Shown here one piece after another: positions 1 to 12,684 of a stretch of 64,000 nt of DNA. Position 1 is the stretch's first letter; the number at the start of each line of letters is the position of its first letter. The stretch covers positions 36,080,566 to 36,144,565 of the forward strand of contig NC_058133.1 in the NCBI RefSeq assembly GCF_016433145.1. Direction: 5' to 3'. The position numbers were made by a program, and so were the translations under genes. The notes under the pieces are model-generated. The model had not been told where the DNA came from. It did no database searches and was given only the letters and a program-made list of their open reading frames with translations. Source of the DNA: Gracilinanus agilis (lineage: Eukaryota).

Positions 1-60
<60 letters not shown>
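1..60. repeat. (GA)n microsatellite, truncated by the window edge
   Basis: 30 perfect GA units. Confidence 0.99.
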
Positions 61-63
<3 letters not shown>

Positions 64-749
64 ATCATATTCAGGTCTTTGGATTCAAAGTGCAGTGCTC
101 TTGCTGCTGGATTCCTTCTCAACAAAGAACTGGCCTTTCAAACCTCTCCTGGATTATCTTTCTCATTAGCTCAGAGGATAAAGAGGAATGGATTATCAGA
201 TTATACATCATAGATCTTAATGTTAGGAAAAGGTGGCAGCATCTCTAATGAAGGGAGAGACTAGAATATTTCTTTTTGGTGTCTATCCACACATCTACAT
301 GCATACAAGATGTCTCCCCTAATAGAATATAAATTCCTTGAAGGCAGGGACTGTTCATTTTAGTTTGGTATTCCCAGTGCCTAGCACTGTCTGACACATA
401 ATAGGTGCTTAATGAATATGTATTGATTGGTTGAAAAGGCAATCAACCCCTTCCAATCTCTGACACTGCCCTGGCTGGGGAGGGGGTGAGGGGAGGCCGA
501 TTCATGACTGCCACAGTTTGCCTGGGGTATAAACATTTATTCCCACAGTGCCAGGCAACCCCTGATCTTTCCACATATAGATATATTCACTTTTTTCTAC
601 CTGCCAAGGAATTCAAATCCATAGCCAGGGATTCTCAGCATCAGAAGTAACTCAGGAATAATCTGCCTCTATTTCATTTGTTGAATAAGGTGGTGCCTCT
701 TTTGTATGTGAAAAGTTTAGTTGCTGAAAAAGGCAAGAAAAAGAAGTAA

Positions 750-1040
750 TGAAAGCAGTATTTATTAAGCACTTACTTTGTGCCAGACACAAGCACTTTA
801 CAGATATTGTTATTTAATTCTCCAACAACCCTAGGAGGTAGGTGCTATTATTATCTCTATTTTACACAGTTTAAAATTTTTACATAGTATCTCCATTTCA
901 TCCCACTGAGGAAACTTAAGGAGGACACGAGTGAAGTGACTTGCCCAAGGTCACACAGCTGATACATAAATGAGGTAAGATTTGAACTCAGGTCTTCCTG
1001 ACTCTATCAGTGCTCTATCCATTGTGCCACCTAGTTGCCT
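750..1040 (-). mobile_element. MIR/Mar1-type CORE SINE
   Basis: Core motifs gtgacttgcccaaggtcacacagct and gatttgaactcaggtcttcctgact. Confidence 0.8.
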
Positions 1041-1090
1041 AGTTACACAAAAAATAACTTGTGTAAAGAAAAAGGATGAAATCAACTTCT

Positions 1091-1246
1091 TTTAAAAATC
1101 TAATTAATTAATTAAGAATATTTTTCAATGATTACATGATTCATGTTCTTTCCCTCCTCTCTTTCTTCCCCCCTCCTTGAGCTGATGAGCAATTCCACTG
1201 GGTTATACACATGTCCTTGTTCAAAACCTATTTGTATATTATTAAT
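1091..1246 (-). mobile_element. 5'-truncated L1 3' end with 15-bp TSD
   Basis: Antisense L1 3' UTR (acatgattcatgttctttccc...gagcaattccactggg); TSD atgaaatca(a/g)cttct at 1076-1090 and 1247-1261. Confidence 0.85.
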
Positions 1247-1557
1247 ATGAAATCAGCTTCTGAAAGACATGAGGTATTGTCCCTTTCACATGCAGTTTGA
1301 TCACTGAGACAGAAAAAAAGAATCTTTTGTATATAAAAAACTGATTAAAAAATACTTGTGCTGGTCACAGATACTGCCCAGCTGCATGACCCTGGGCAAG
1401 TCATTTAATCCTAATTGTCTGGTCCTGACTGCTCTTCTGCTTTGGAACTGATACTTAGCATTGATTTTAAAACAGAAGGTGTAGAGAGCCATAAATAAAC
1501 AGTCTTTATCAGATTATCTAGAGATGAAGGTAAGGGTTTTTTAAAATACTTGTGAAG

Positions 1558-1758
1558 AGGGGCAGCTGGGTAGCTCAGTGGATGGAGAGCCAGGCTCAGA
1601 GATGGGAGGTCCTAGGTTCAAATCTGGCCTCAGACACTTCCCAGCTGTATGACCCTGGACAAGTCACTTGACCCCTATTGCCTAGCCCTTACCTCTTTTC
1701 TATCTTGGAACCACTATCTGTATTGCTTCTAAGATGGAAGGAAGGGGTTTAAAAGAAG
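1558..1758 (+). mobile_element. SINE1_Mdo-type SINE, full length
   Basis: ggggcagctgggtagctcagtggat...ggttcaaatc (A/B boxes)...gaaggaaggggtttaaaa; TSD tacttgtgaag at 1547-1557 and 1759-1769. Confidence 0.92.
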
Positions 1759-3228
1759 TACTTGTGAAGCTGCATAGTTTGTCAGATAAAATATTGAGTC
1801 ACCGACTCTTCAGAGGACTGGATGGTGAACTTCCTCATGAATGTGGCTGAGAAAATTGGGTTGAGGTCAAGGGAAGAAGGGAGGCTTGGAGGACAATCGG
1901 CTCATTTGCACGTGGATGTTTTTAGCGTTTGAAAATGACCAGATCATAAGTTTTTAGAAACGATGTTTGGAGATGATGGAAAAATGAAAGAAGGATCGTT
2001 GGGTTCACACTTGATGGAAAGGTTCATTTCGTGACTTTTCCCTCATAATGGAAAGATGAATCACAAACCCCTCTGGTGCTCTGATATGGGGCATCAAAGG
2101 CAGCCGAACTAGGGGTTGGGGGGAGACCTGGCTGTGAAAAGGACAGGAAGACTTGGGCGGCTATTCCGGGAGCCCATTAATAATGGGAAAAGAGGCTTTG
2201 CTTTGTGGAATGGCCCAAGGAAAGGATGGAGAAGAAGGTTCTGGGAAACTCATTGGAACAGGGCTGAACGCTGTCCTGATTTGAGTTGTCTTTGGATTAA
2301 CGATACACCCCTCGAGTCTGGGGTCCAGCGATGTTTCCCAGGCTTGTATCTGCCTGTATTTGTCAGGTCAAAGTCCTGCCAGTCACCTAGTCCATGAGCC
2401 CAACAGGAGCCCTTCCAGGATTAATTCATTGTCCTTTTTTCCACCAGGGCTTATAAGGAGATTTTTGGGTTTCCAGAACTATACTGATTTCTTAAGTCTC
2501 TGGATAAATGTCGTGGGGCTGTGTGCATGGGAAACCCCAAGTACCTGCTTTGGGGAGACATTCTCTGTCCCCCTCCATGTTCGAGGAGTGGCCTCTTTCA
2601 ACTTGCTGCAGTTGGACCGGGCTGCCATCTTTATCATCAGATGGGGACGGGCTCTCTTTTTCTCTCCGTCTCTCCTGATGGGTGCCTTTTTCACCCACAA
2701 TACAGGACCCATGAATTGTGGTGGGTCAAAGCCCTGAGAAATGGCCTTGGCTTTTGTTCTGGTTTACCCAACAGGCTTGCGTTGAGCCATGCCAACTTTG
2801 GAGACGGGATTCCAGGCTGGGTTTTGTGTCTGGACCAGAAAGGAAACAAGAAGCCAGAGAGTCCAAGGAGGGCTTTGGAACTGGTCTGAGCTAAACTGGG
2901 ACCCTAATTCTCCCTTTCCCTGAGCCTGGTGTGGTACAGATGGAGGGTGTTATTCGCCCCCAGGTGTTGATGGGAGTGGGATGTTTATGGGTTTGTTCTT
3001 GCTTTGCTCTTGAAGTAAATTGAACATGATAGAAGCTAATACCACTGAGGTGGTTAAATGGAACTAGGGGTACAGGGGATCGCCTCAACAGTATCAGGGA
3101 GAATTTAAGCGAAGGGTAGAGATACTAGATTCCCTCAAACCCCCTTGAGGGTACTGGAGAACCCTGGGGAAGGGCTGAAATGTACTCTAGCTGGTCTTCA
3201 GGCAGTGGGGGCCAGCGTAGTTTCCATT

Positions 3229-3540
3229 AGATAAGTCTTTAGGAAGATGGCGGACCTTGTTCCCATGCGTAAAGGAAGGTGGGCTAGTTTGGGGACATAA
3301 GTCTAAGCCACAGATGGTCAACAATACCTTCCTGAGTCAACACTAACAAATGACTTGCTCTAAGCCTGTGGGGGTTTTCTGAATTTATTTTAAGCAAAGA
3401 GGCAGCTTTGTGGGAATGGAAGTGACATGTGTCTGGGACATGTATGGGAGTTTAAGAAATTCTTTTTCAACTCATCCTAAGCACAAGAGACACCGTCTTC
3501 ATTTGGAGAAACAGCCTTAAATGAAAGAAAAGTGAAACTT
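3229..3540. promoter_or_regulatory. Candidate enhancer (GATA/ETS/YY1/RUNX/E-box/AP-1/IRF motif cluster)
   Basis: agataag 3229, aggaag 3241, aagatggcgg 3244, ccacagatg 3308, cttcctgagtca 3328, gaaaagtgaaact ending 3539. Motif evidence only. Confidence 0.35.
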
Positions 3541-4817
3541 GCTGCTTCTTAACCGTCCAGCCTTCCAGGAAGGGCAGTCTAGTTTGTAACTTTGCCAGGG
3601 TTGGGGGGACCCCCACACGCTGCTCTGAGTTCAACAGAGTTCACCAGAAAGCCACTGGGCCTCTCCACCTAAATGCTGAATTACCCAGGAAGACTCACTT
3701 CCTGGGGAGAAAAGCACCCAGGAGAGGAGGGGGGTGTCTTTCTCCCTCCCCTGCCCCGTTCCGTTGTGGGTCCCCTCCTCCTCCGAAGGCTCTAGGACAA
3801 GACAATTCACCCAAGATGGGGTTTAAAATTCCTCAAGCTTTGCCAGGAACCAGCTGCTCAAATCTTGGCAGGGCCTTGGCCTTAGCAACTGACTTGGAAA
3901 GGGGATAACCGGGATCTCAGCACACACTTTAGGCTCTGGTGGGAGGGGAGGAGGCAGAGGCTCCACAGGAGATGTGCAAAGTGATAGGCTCAAGTTCAAC
4001 AAATATTTATTTAGGATGCAGAGAGTATTGCTCAGGTCCCAGGTGGAAGGGGCCATGCCCTGCTGAATGTGCCGAAGGAAGACGAAAGGCCTGTTTTCTC
4101 AGGAAAAATGAAGCTCTTCTTATCAACAAGCCCCAAGTCTGGCTTTCCTGACATTTGCCGTTCCCTCTTTCCATCTGGCTACCGACGTCTCTCTGGGTTT
4201 CAGTTCTCTCTCTGACAACCTGAGAGCTGATGACCTCAGACCGGACAGTTGGGCTTAGCACAAAGAGCAGGCCTCACTCAGTTTGACCAATGGCTTAGCT
4301 CCTCTGTGCCTCAGTTTACCCATCTAGAAAAAGGGAGACGGATACAGTGGCAGATCGCACGTAGGAGCCGTTTTTCCCCCCCAATCTTCTTTCCTCCCAG
4401 AATTCCCATCCATTCCCAATTTAGAGCCTCCTCGGGGTGAGAGTACAGTACAAAGCCCTGAGAGAGATACAAAGTTCAGAGGATCATTGATCAATCAGCA
4501 CCTATTTAGTGAGCCCTTTAGGTGCCGGACACGCGTGGTGCTGGGAATACAAAGACAAAATACCCCAGTCCCCAGGGCCCCGGCGGGGGAGAGAGAGCAC
4601 GTATCACAGACGTATTCAAGAAGAACTAGGAGGTAACTGGGTCGGGCTGGTCACTGGCAGTGGGAGCAACCAGACCCACCCTCAGGAAGAAGCGGGCTCC
4701 AGAGCCGGCAGTGCCCAACTAATAAGGTTTGGGCCGTGAAGGACATGGAGTCCTCTGATCCATTTTGTGCTCCTTATTTGTAGGTCAGAGGTGGAAGGAC
4801 TTAGACCTTGCTAAAAG

Positions 4818-4930
4818 GAGGGAGGGATGGAGAGCCAGAGCCAGAGAGAGAAAAGGGAGAAACTGAGAGAGACAGAAAGACAGAGAGAAACAGAGACAGA
4901 GACAAGAGAGACAGAGAGAGACAAGAGGGA
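4818..4930. repeat. GA-rich low-complexity tract
   Basis: Degenerate (GAGA/GACA)n. Confidence 0.9.
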
Positions 4931-5410
4931 GAATATTCTTGATGTATTCCCTCCTCTAGCCTTATATGCATATTAAATCTCAGAATCTCAGGGTCAGAAA
5001 GGACTTTGGAAGTCACCGAGTCCAAGCCATAACTGGAAGAGAATCTTCCTGCTAGCATAACTGATCAGCAGTCATTTAACATTTGCTCAAAACCTTTCCG
5101 AGTGAGGGGACCCAAGACTTCCCAAAGCAGCCCAAAGCACATTTCGATGACTAAGTGCTCTGCATATTTGCTAAAAAGGGACTCCTGGGGATCTGATGAT
5201 TTTATGCAGTTGGCTCTAAAAATCTACATGTCCAGGCCTAGGCTCTCTGATGGCCCCCAGGCTCTTATTCTGCCTATTCCTCAATGAGATAACTCTAAAG
5301 TACTTATCACAGTGCCTCAGCACATAGCCAGAGCTTAATAAATGCTTGTTCCTTGCCCCTTCTCTTTCAAAACTGGATGTCTTGTCCAAAACCGAACTTA
5401 TCTTTCTTTC

Positions 5411-5601
5411 CTTTTTTTTTAATCTTCTTAGAATCAATGACTAAGTATTGGTTCTAAGGCAGAAGAGCAGTAAGGACTAGGCAAATGGGATAAGTGACTT
5501 GCCCAGGGTCACACAGCTAGGAAGTATCTGAAGCCATATTTGAACCCAGATCTCCTGACTCAAGGTCTGGCTCTGTATCCACTGAGTCACCTAGCTACCC
5601 C
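5411..5601 (-). mobile_element. SINE1_Mdo-type SINE
   Basis: Reverse-complement SINE from the T-tail to ctagctacccc. Confidence 0.85.
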
Positions 5602-5619
5602 TTGACCTTATTATCTTTC

Positions 5620-6540
5620 CCTTCAAACCCTCCCTTCTTCCTAACTTCCTCAATTACTGTAAAGGGTATTACCATCCTCCCAGTCCCTCCACTTTGAAAT
5701 CCTCACTCTGTTATCCACCCTGTGCTCCTCCTGGCCATATTCTATTAGAGTCTGTCTGTCTGCTCTCTCTCTCTCACTCTCACTCTCTCTCTCTCCTCTC
5801 TCTTCTCCCCCCCCCCCCCCTTCATTCATTCTAGGCCATCCTTCACTCAGCTGGCAGAATAATCTCCCTAAAGTGGAAATCTGACCATGTCATCTCCCTA
5901 TTTGATAAGCTCCCTATTGCCTCTAAAATAAAATATGAAATGCTGTTTGGTTTTTAAAGCTCTTGATAACTGGTCCCCTCCCTCCCATTCCTGCCCTCTT
6001 ACTCCTTAGAAACTGTGGCATCTCAGGTATATTCTAATCTGCAAAGTGTTTTTCTTCCTTTATTGTGTTCCCTCTCTCTATCCTCTTCACCCATTTTTCC
6101 TCAGTTTCTAACTTTCCTTCTCAGGTATCCACCCACGAATATTTTAATTTGTGGCCAGAAACCCTCCCAAATTCTCTTCAATCCACTAACGCTAGCTTTC
6201 CTGCTATTCCCTGAATAAGATACCATCTCCTGACTTACTGGCTGTCCCATCCCTAGAAGGCCCTCCCTTCTCATCTCTACCTCCTGGCTTCCTTCAAGGC
6301 TTACCTGACATCCCATCTTCTGCAGGAAGTCTTTCCTAATCCCCCTCATTGTGGTGCTCTCCCTCGAGACTGCTCCCAATTGGTCTTGTCTATGGCTCAT
6401 TTGTACACAGCGTTTTTCATGATGTCCCAATAGCTTGTGAGATCTCCAAGGGCAGGGACCCTCTTTGGTTTCTCAGTGGATCCTTAGTGCTTAGCCAGGT
6501 GCCTAGCACATAGTGGGTGCTTCACAAACAACAGTTGACC
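5620..6540 (+). mobile_element. L2 LINE 3' fragment (approximate bounds)
   Basis: Pyrimidine-rich L2 body (ctgaccatgtcatctccc) ending in ggtgcctagcacatagtgggtgcttcacaa. Confidence 0.7.
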
Positions 6541-6810
6541 TTATATGGTCTGACTAGAACACCTCCTGCTCTTACACTTTGCTTTTCTGAGTTCAGCCCA
6601 AGATTTAATACATTTTGGGGCCAAATCACCCCGTTGATTCATACTGAACTTGCCATTCTCTACACATCTCTGATCTTTTTTCAGATGAACCGCTCTCTAC
6701 CCACACACCTCTCCCACCTTATACTCGGGAAGTTGACCTTTTGAACCCAAGCATAAGACCCTATACTTATCCCTCTTCTATTTTATTCAATTTGGGCCAA
6801 TGCTCTAGCC

Positions 6811-7013
6811 CAGTGATAGCAAGCCTATCTATGGCCTGTGTGCCGGGGACTGCTCCCTTCCCCCTCTGCATGTGTGCCTGAGGACATTATTCCCATCACC
6901 CGCCCAGCAGCCCAATTGGGAGCGCTTCCTCCCTCCCCTGTCTGGGGTAAGGAGGCAGCTCACATGAGGGTTGCAGTTTGGGCATTCGGTCTCTAAAAAG
7001 TTCACCATCACAG
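6811..7013. mobile_element. Non-autonomous hAT (Charlie-type) MITE, ~203 bp
   Basis: TIRs cagtgatagcaagcct / aagttcaccatcacag; perfect 8-bp TSD ctctagcc (6803-6810, 7014-7021). Confidence 0.88.
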
Positions 7014-7539
7014 CTCTAGCCTGTCAAGATCTTTTATCCAACTTGCTGGTTACCACCTTCCAGGCCAGATACCATGTCAATCTGATGGGATCCCTCTAAC
7101 CAAACATCAATGGTGCAGAGCCTAGCACAGATCGTTGGGTGGATGCTCCCCTGGAAGCATCCTTCGGTCCCCAAGAGTTAAAGCTGCAAGGGACCTTAGA
7201 AGTGATCTGGTCCAAACATCTCAATTCACAGAGAAGGGGTAAATAATGACTACTCTTTGGGGTCTGATCTGTGCCACTGCCCAGCCCACATCACTTTTAT
7301 TAAACCCCTACTATGTGCTAGGCACTGGTAAGCCCTGGAGATACACATAAGAAAAAGGGAGTCCTTGCCCTTCCAGGAGCTTACACAACTGAACTCCGTC
7401 TCTTCGGAATCACAACTTCCTTTTCTAGATGCTCAGACACTAGAGATAGTAAAAACCTTAGAGGGAGTACAGTCCAACCCCTTCATCTTACTGTCAAAGA
7501 GATAGAGACCAAGAGAAATTGTGTGATTTGACCAAGGAT

Positions 7540-7790
7540 GTTGTTCAGTCGTTTCAGTCATGTCAGACTCTCCATGACCCCATTGGGGTCTTCTTGGCAA
7601 AGACTTTGCAGTGGTTTTTGCCATTTCCTCCCCCACTTCATTTTACAGGTAAGGAAACTGAGGCAACCAGTTAAGTGACTTGCCCAGGGTCACATAGCTA
7701 GTGTCTGAGGCTGGATTTGAACTTCGGGAAGATGAGTCTTCCTGACCCTATGCCGTGCCACTCAGTGCATTATGGGGCCACCTTGCTACC
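7540..7790 (-). mobile_element. Mar1-type SINE with RTE-derived tail
   Basis: gttgttcagtcgtttcagtcatgtcagactctccatgacccc (RTE 3' end, reversed) followed by the CORE segment. Confidence 0.8.
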
Positions 7791-8139
7791 TAAGGTTACA
7801 CAGTGGCCAAGTTGGGCTTAGAATACAGATGCTGTGACTCCAGTGGTCTTCCCATTAGGCAATCATGGTTCCTTATTCTACAGCTTTGTCATTCTACAAC
7901 TTGGAGTCATGCTCACTGGCCTGGTGTCGCCACACTGCTTTGCTGACTGCCCATTGCTATCCCAAGGTACCAAAGTAATAAGATTGACTCTGCCATCATA
8001 TCCTCATTTCTTTTAGTCACCATAGTGTAGTTTATCTGACCTGGTGACTCAAATTCACCAGGGCAGTTAGGTAACCCACTCAATCTAGGGTTTCAATTCC
8101 TTATCAGTCATTTTTGTGCTTTCCTTTCCAGTACATATT

Positions 8140-8400
8140 ATTCTCCTTGGCAGAGAAAACAAACAAAATAAGAGTCTGAGTCACTCTGCCATAGCTTCAC
8201 TGCGAATTATAATTGTTTCATTCTCTTCACTTCCTTCCAAAGAAGGAAGAGTGGTACAGTTCCCCCTCTTTTAGTCCTTCTTTCCCCATGCTAAAAGGCC
8301 CAAACAAAACCCTTTTGTCGCCTTTCGCATCCCTCATGCTGTCATTTTCATTCTCTATTATTCACTCTTTCTTTCATCTTCTTCTCCTCTATAATAATTA
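8140..8400 (-). mobile_element. L3/CR1 ORF2 remnant (approximate)
   Basis: Minus strand gcagagtgactcagactcttattttgtttgttttctctgccaaggagaat resembles the CR1 'KAELLNSYFASVFSAKE' segment. Confidence 0.5.
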
Positions 8401-10229
8401 AGATGGAAAGGCAACTTCCCCATGTGAGAATTCGTTTTTCAGGGAGAATTACTATGTATTCCTGTGGCTAGAAACTGGGTCAATGACACCGATCAGTTTG
8501 CTGCTTTTTGCATTTTCTTTTCCTTGGAATACCTTCCTTTTTAAAATGAATTTGGCTAATAAATAGGGAGAAAGACTCTCTTCCTGCTGACATGACTTGT
8601 CCACCTGTGGGGAGGGGAAAGGGTGGATAGGCTGATGAACCATTTCTTAATTAGCTATCAGCAATTTAAAGATGTATTGAGATGGTCAATGGAAGGGCTG
8701 AACAAGCCCCTAAAAATCTATTTATGAGCTCCTTGATCCAGCTCAGGTTGTCCCTGGTCCCAAGAGAGCCACAGAGAACTATATTGGTTATGATGCTGGG
8801 CCAACCAATACATTTATCAATAAGCTTATATTCTTACCCCAAAATCAGCCCCTAGAGATAATTTTAATTGTAACATCCACAAGGTTCTCAACATGTTAAC
8901 TTCAGCAAGCAGCGATTCCTGGCTATGGTGGAAAGGCTACTGACATCTGCCCAAAACAGCAATTCCTCTTGTTCCTTTCATAATATCAATTATCTTTAAG
9001 GCAAGTTTAAAAATGACTAGTTGGAAAGAGCTCCAGAAAACACCAATAATTTCGGTCCCATCTCAAAAGGGCATCATGGTACCATCTGTCGGAAGCGTGC
9101 TGGGCTTGCCTGCCAACTTTTATTCACTGTCAGATAACAGGCAAGTCACTTTGCCCCAGAACTCACTTTCTGGTTTGTCAGATGGAGAAATATAGTTCTT
9201 TGCAGATTTGTGAAGATGGAAGGAGATTATGCACGGAAGCACTAGCTGTCATGACTGGATCACACTCTGGTGCCATGCTTAATTGGTCCCTCAACATGTC
9301 AAGCTCTTCCTGAATTCATTGGACAGCTTGAGAATATTGCTTCTGTTTGTCCTTCTATTGGTTCCCACCCAAAAGGTTCTCTGTCCTTCTTTCCCGAGTG
9401 GACGCCTATATTTTTTTCACATTTGTGTCTATTTAACATATAATTGAAATCTGTTCCTGTCATCTTTATCTATGATTTTCCTGTTTCTTGTGAATAAAGT
9501 CCACTTTTCAAGTCCCATTTTCTAGACTTAGGAATATCTGCATTTTAGAATCTCTGAATCACCTTGCTCATTATCAAGATTTTGTGTATTTATATTCAGA
9601 CATTGGAGCCCACGGATTTTATTGGTGGCTTGTCTTCAATTTTGCCTTTAATGAATCCCTGGTACTCTCTCCCACCATTCCTCCCACAGCACAGCTGCTC
9701 TTTATGGTATCTAGCTTGGCAAACAGGCCATTTTTTCTCTCCTTTCTTTTTAAAGTCTTTTTTGATTAAATTCATAAGACTTTAGGCAAATACATTTTAC
9801 CAGCCACGAGGAGCAAAGTAAGGTTGTTAGTAAGCTCCCTTCCCCATCAAAAATGTACTCTAGTGAGTCTTGGATCTGATTCCTTCCCAGTGGTCCAATG
9901 ACATTCCAAGCTAACTTCAGATGACTGCAGATTTTAGGAAGGGCCTATGCCTTCAGTCTCAGGCTTCAACAGCATTTATTTCTTCCTTTTGAAAAATTCT
10001 TTATTTTCTTTCCTTTTTAATTAGCCCCTAAAAAATTAAGCAAAATCTTTGACTACATCTTCAATATTCCTATAAAGAGGTAAATGTTCTTCTTTCACCT
10101 GGTGGCTGAACAATATGGACTGAAAGTACTTTTTATTTCTTTATTCATTCATTTGTTAAATTGACTTGCACTAAATATTACAAATGCAATTCATTTGTGT
10201 GCAACTGGGTTGTAGTCAGCAAACCAGTG

Positions 10230-11000
10230 GTGGCCAACAAGCATTTATTAAGGACCTACGTGCCAAGGCCTGTGCTAAGCACTGGGGAGAGGAAGGAATA
10301 TGGAAAGCGCCGTCCCTGACTTTGGGGAGCTCCCTCTCTAATTGGGAGACAATGTGCCCAGCAGACAGGGTGGAGATCCCTGCATCTCCGAGGGGAGGCA
10401 CCAGGAAAGGCAGAAGGTGGGACTGTAGCTGAGCCTTGAGGAACACGATAGCTGGGGACAGACAGTGAAAAAGAAAGCACCTCCAGGTGTTGTGTGGGTC
10501 TGCATAAGATGGCAAAAGTAGGAAGGGGCCGAGGGTTTTAAATGTCAGAGGATTCTATATTTGATCCTGGAGGTAATAGGGAGTCATTGGGATTTATAGA
10601 GTGACACAATCAGCCTTGAGCCTTGGGAAAATATTCAGCCTTGGTGGCTGAGTAGAGAACAGCCTGAACTGAGGACAGACTCGAGGCAGGAGAGGGTAAT
10701 GAGAGCCTGTACTAAGGCGTGTGCGAGTGGAGAGAAGGGGATCTGTAAGGCTGACTTGGTGAACATCTGACAACAAACAGGCTATGTGGGGTTAGTGTGA
10801 GCAGAGAGTGGAGGGTGACACTGAGGCTGGGAGCGTTAGTGGTGCCCTTGACAGCAACAGGGAGGTTGGAAAGAAGGGAAGGTTTGGGAGACAAATAATA
10901 AGGTCTGTTCCAGGATGTGCGGAGCTTGATGTGATTTAGGGACATATCCAGCTTAAGATATTCAAAAGCCAGCTGATGAAGAGACAGGAGAAAGATTAGG
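10230..11000 (-). mobile_element. L2 LINE fragment (appears to continue to ~11860)
   Basis: caacaagcatttattaaggacctac...gtgctaagcactggg, followed by purine-rich antisense L2 body. Confidence 0.7.
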
Positions 11001-11055
11001 GATGGATGTGTGTGTGTATGAGAGAGACACAGGGGGGAAGGCGGGGGGGGGGGGA

Positions 11056-11183
11056 NNNNNNNNNNNNNNNNNNNNNNNNNNNNNNNNNNNNNNNNNNNNN
11101 NNNNNNNNNNNNNNNNNNNNNNNNNNNNNNNNNNNNNNNNNNNNNNNNNNNNNNNNNNNNNNNNNNNNNNNNNNNNNNNNNNN
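11056..11183. other. Assembly gap (128 N) between poly-G and (GA)n
   Basis: Run of N. Confidence 1.
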
Positions 11184-11323
11184 AGAGAGAGAGAGAGCAA
11201 GAGGCAGAGAGAGTAGTATGTACGTGTGTATATATGCACACACATGCATGTGTATATACAAACATGCACACAATATATGAGTTTAGCAGGAGAAGTGAAG
11301 AGGGCCTAGAACTCGTCCTAGGG

Positions 11324-11514
11324 CTGTGATGGCAAACCTATGGCAGTGTGCTAGAGGGAGTTGCTCCCCACCTCGTCTCCACACGTGCCTGTGGATATTT
11401 CTCCCATCGCCCACCTCTCTGCCAGCAGCCAAAGGGAGCGCTTCCTCCCCACCAACTGGGGTAAGGGGAGGGTGCAGTTTGGGCACTTGGTCTCTGAAAG
11501 GTTTGCCATCACTG
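11324..11514. mobile_element. hAT MITE, same family as 6811-7013
   Basis: TIRs ctgtgatggcaaacct / aggtttgccatcactg; shares internal gggagcgcttcctccc and gcagtttgggca motifs; degenerate TSD tcctaggg / ccctaagg. Confidence 0.85.
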
Positions 11515-12204
11515 CCCTAAGGGAATACGCGTGGCCAAGGGGCATGACAAAGATAAACACCCAGCCAAGGAGACTGAGTGTTCAGATGCAGGCAGTAGCC
11601 TTGGCCTGGGAAAGAACTGAAGAATGGAGGGCCTGGAAGTCCAGAAGTTCAAGAACAAAGGGATGATCAAGATTGGGGAGAGAAGAAATGACAAAATATT
11701 GTGATCAAATAAAGGAATTTCAGAGTTTGTGAAGAGAGAAAGCCTGGACTTGGGGGCCAGAGACCTGGTGAGAGAGTGGGTTCTATTCCACCAGAATTTC
11801 CAGTGTTCAAAGGCTTTAGGAAGAAGGAGGGATGGTCAGAGGTGTCCACTAGAGACCATATTGGAGGCTACAATCATCCTGCCCAAGATTCCCTGAACTC
11901 ATCCAACTATCCCGTTTTATAGATGAGGAACCAATTCAAGATGACAAAGCTAGTGAACTAGTGAATTAGGCTCAGAAGCCAGGCCTCCTCGTCCCCAGTC
12001 CAGGGCTCCTTCTGATGAAAGCTGAATTCCAGGATGATTCATTCCCTTCTGCCACTTTCAGCCTATTCAGAGATGCCTCTAGAAAACAGAAGGCATCGGG
12101 GGGAAGACACTCTATTATCATTGTTAAGGGGCCTCATTTCCTGAACCCTTTCTCCCTCCTCCTGTCTAGTCTCTTCAAGAGCAATTTGATGGCAGGAAGG
12201 GGAG

Positions 12205-12427
12205 TTGGGTGGCTCAGTGGATAGAGTGCTGGGTCTGGAATTAAGCCTCAGACATTTACTAGGTATGGTACCCTGGGAAAGCTACTTAACCTCTGTTTTC
12301 TTGAAACCACTGGAGAAAGAAATGGCAAGCCACTGCACTATCTTTGCCAAGAAAATAGTATGCCATGGACAGTAGGGCCCATGGGGTCACAATGAGTCAA
12401 ACACAACTGAACCACTGAACAACAAAA
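12205..12427 (+). mobile_element. Mar1-type SINE with RTE tail
   Basis: gggtggctcagtggatagag...ccatggggtcacaatgagtcaaacacaactgaaccactgaacaacaaaa. Confidence 0.8.
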
Positions 12428-12660
12428 ATTTGATGGCATCCTGTAGTTCTGACATTATGCCTGATACATGCCATCTGACAAGGCAGCCTTATATTCTAGA
12501 AAAGATTTTCTTGAAAAATCAAAGAAAATTTTAAGTTTCCTGAAATCTAAGAAAAGATAACCAGTCTTTAGGCTTGACTTTGGGTAAACTCATGAGGCAT
12601 ATCAGTTTTTCTAAGAGAATGATGGAGTGAGTGCCAAGGCAGCTTCCTAATAAAATTCTC

Positions 12661-12684
12661 TTTATTGATTCTCATTGGTTTATT
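12661..12684 (-). terminator. Tandem AATAAA polyadenylation signals (candidate proximal RPAP2 poly(A) site)
   Basis: tttatt on the + strand at 12661-12666 and 12679-12684. A longer UTR cannot be excluded. Confidence 0.5.

Noticed and set aside
1558-1650. tRNA-like A/B box sequences here and in other SINE heads
   Set aside because: They are 5' heads of CORE SINEs, not tRNA genes.
10712-11329. ORFs of 91-185 aa
   Set aside because: Artefacts of translating through an N gap and simple repeats.
1-12600. GFI1 coding exons (expected neighbour)
   Set aside because: No C2H2 zinc-finger or SNAG-domain sequence was seen; the gene is presumably outside the window.
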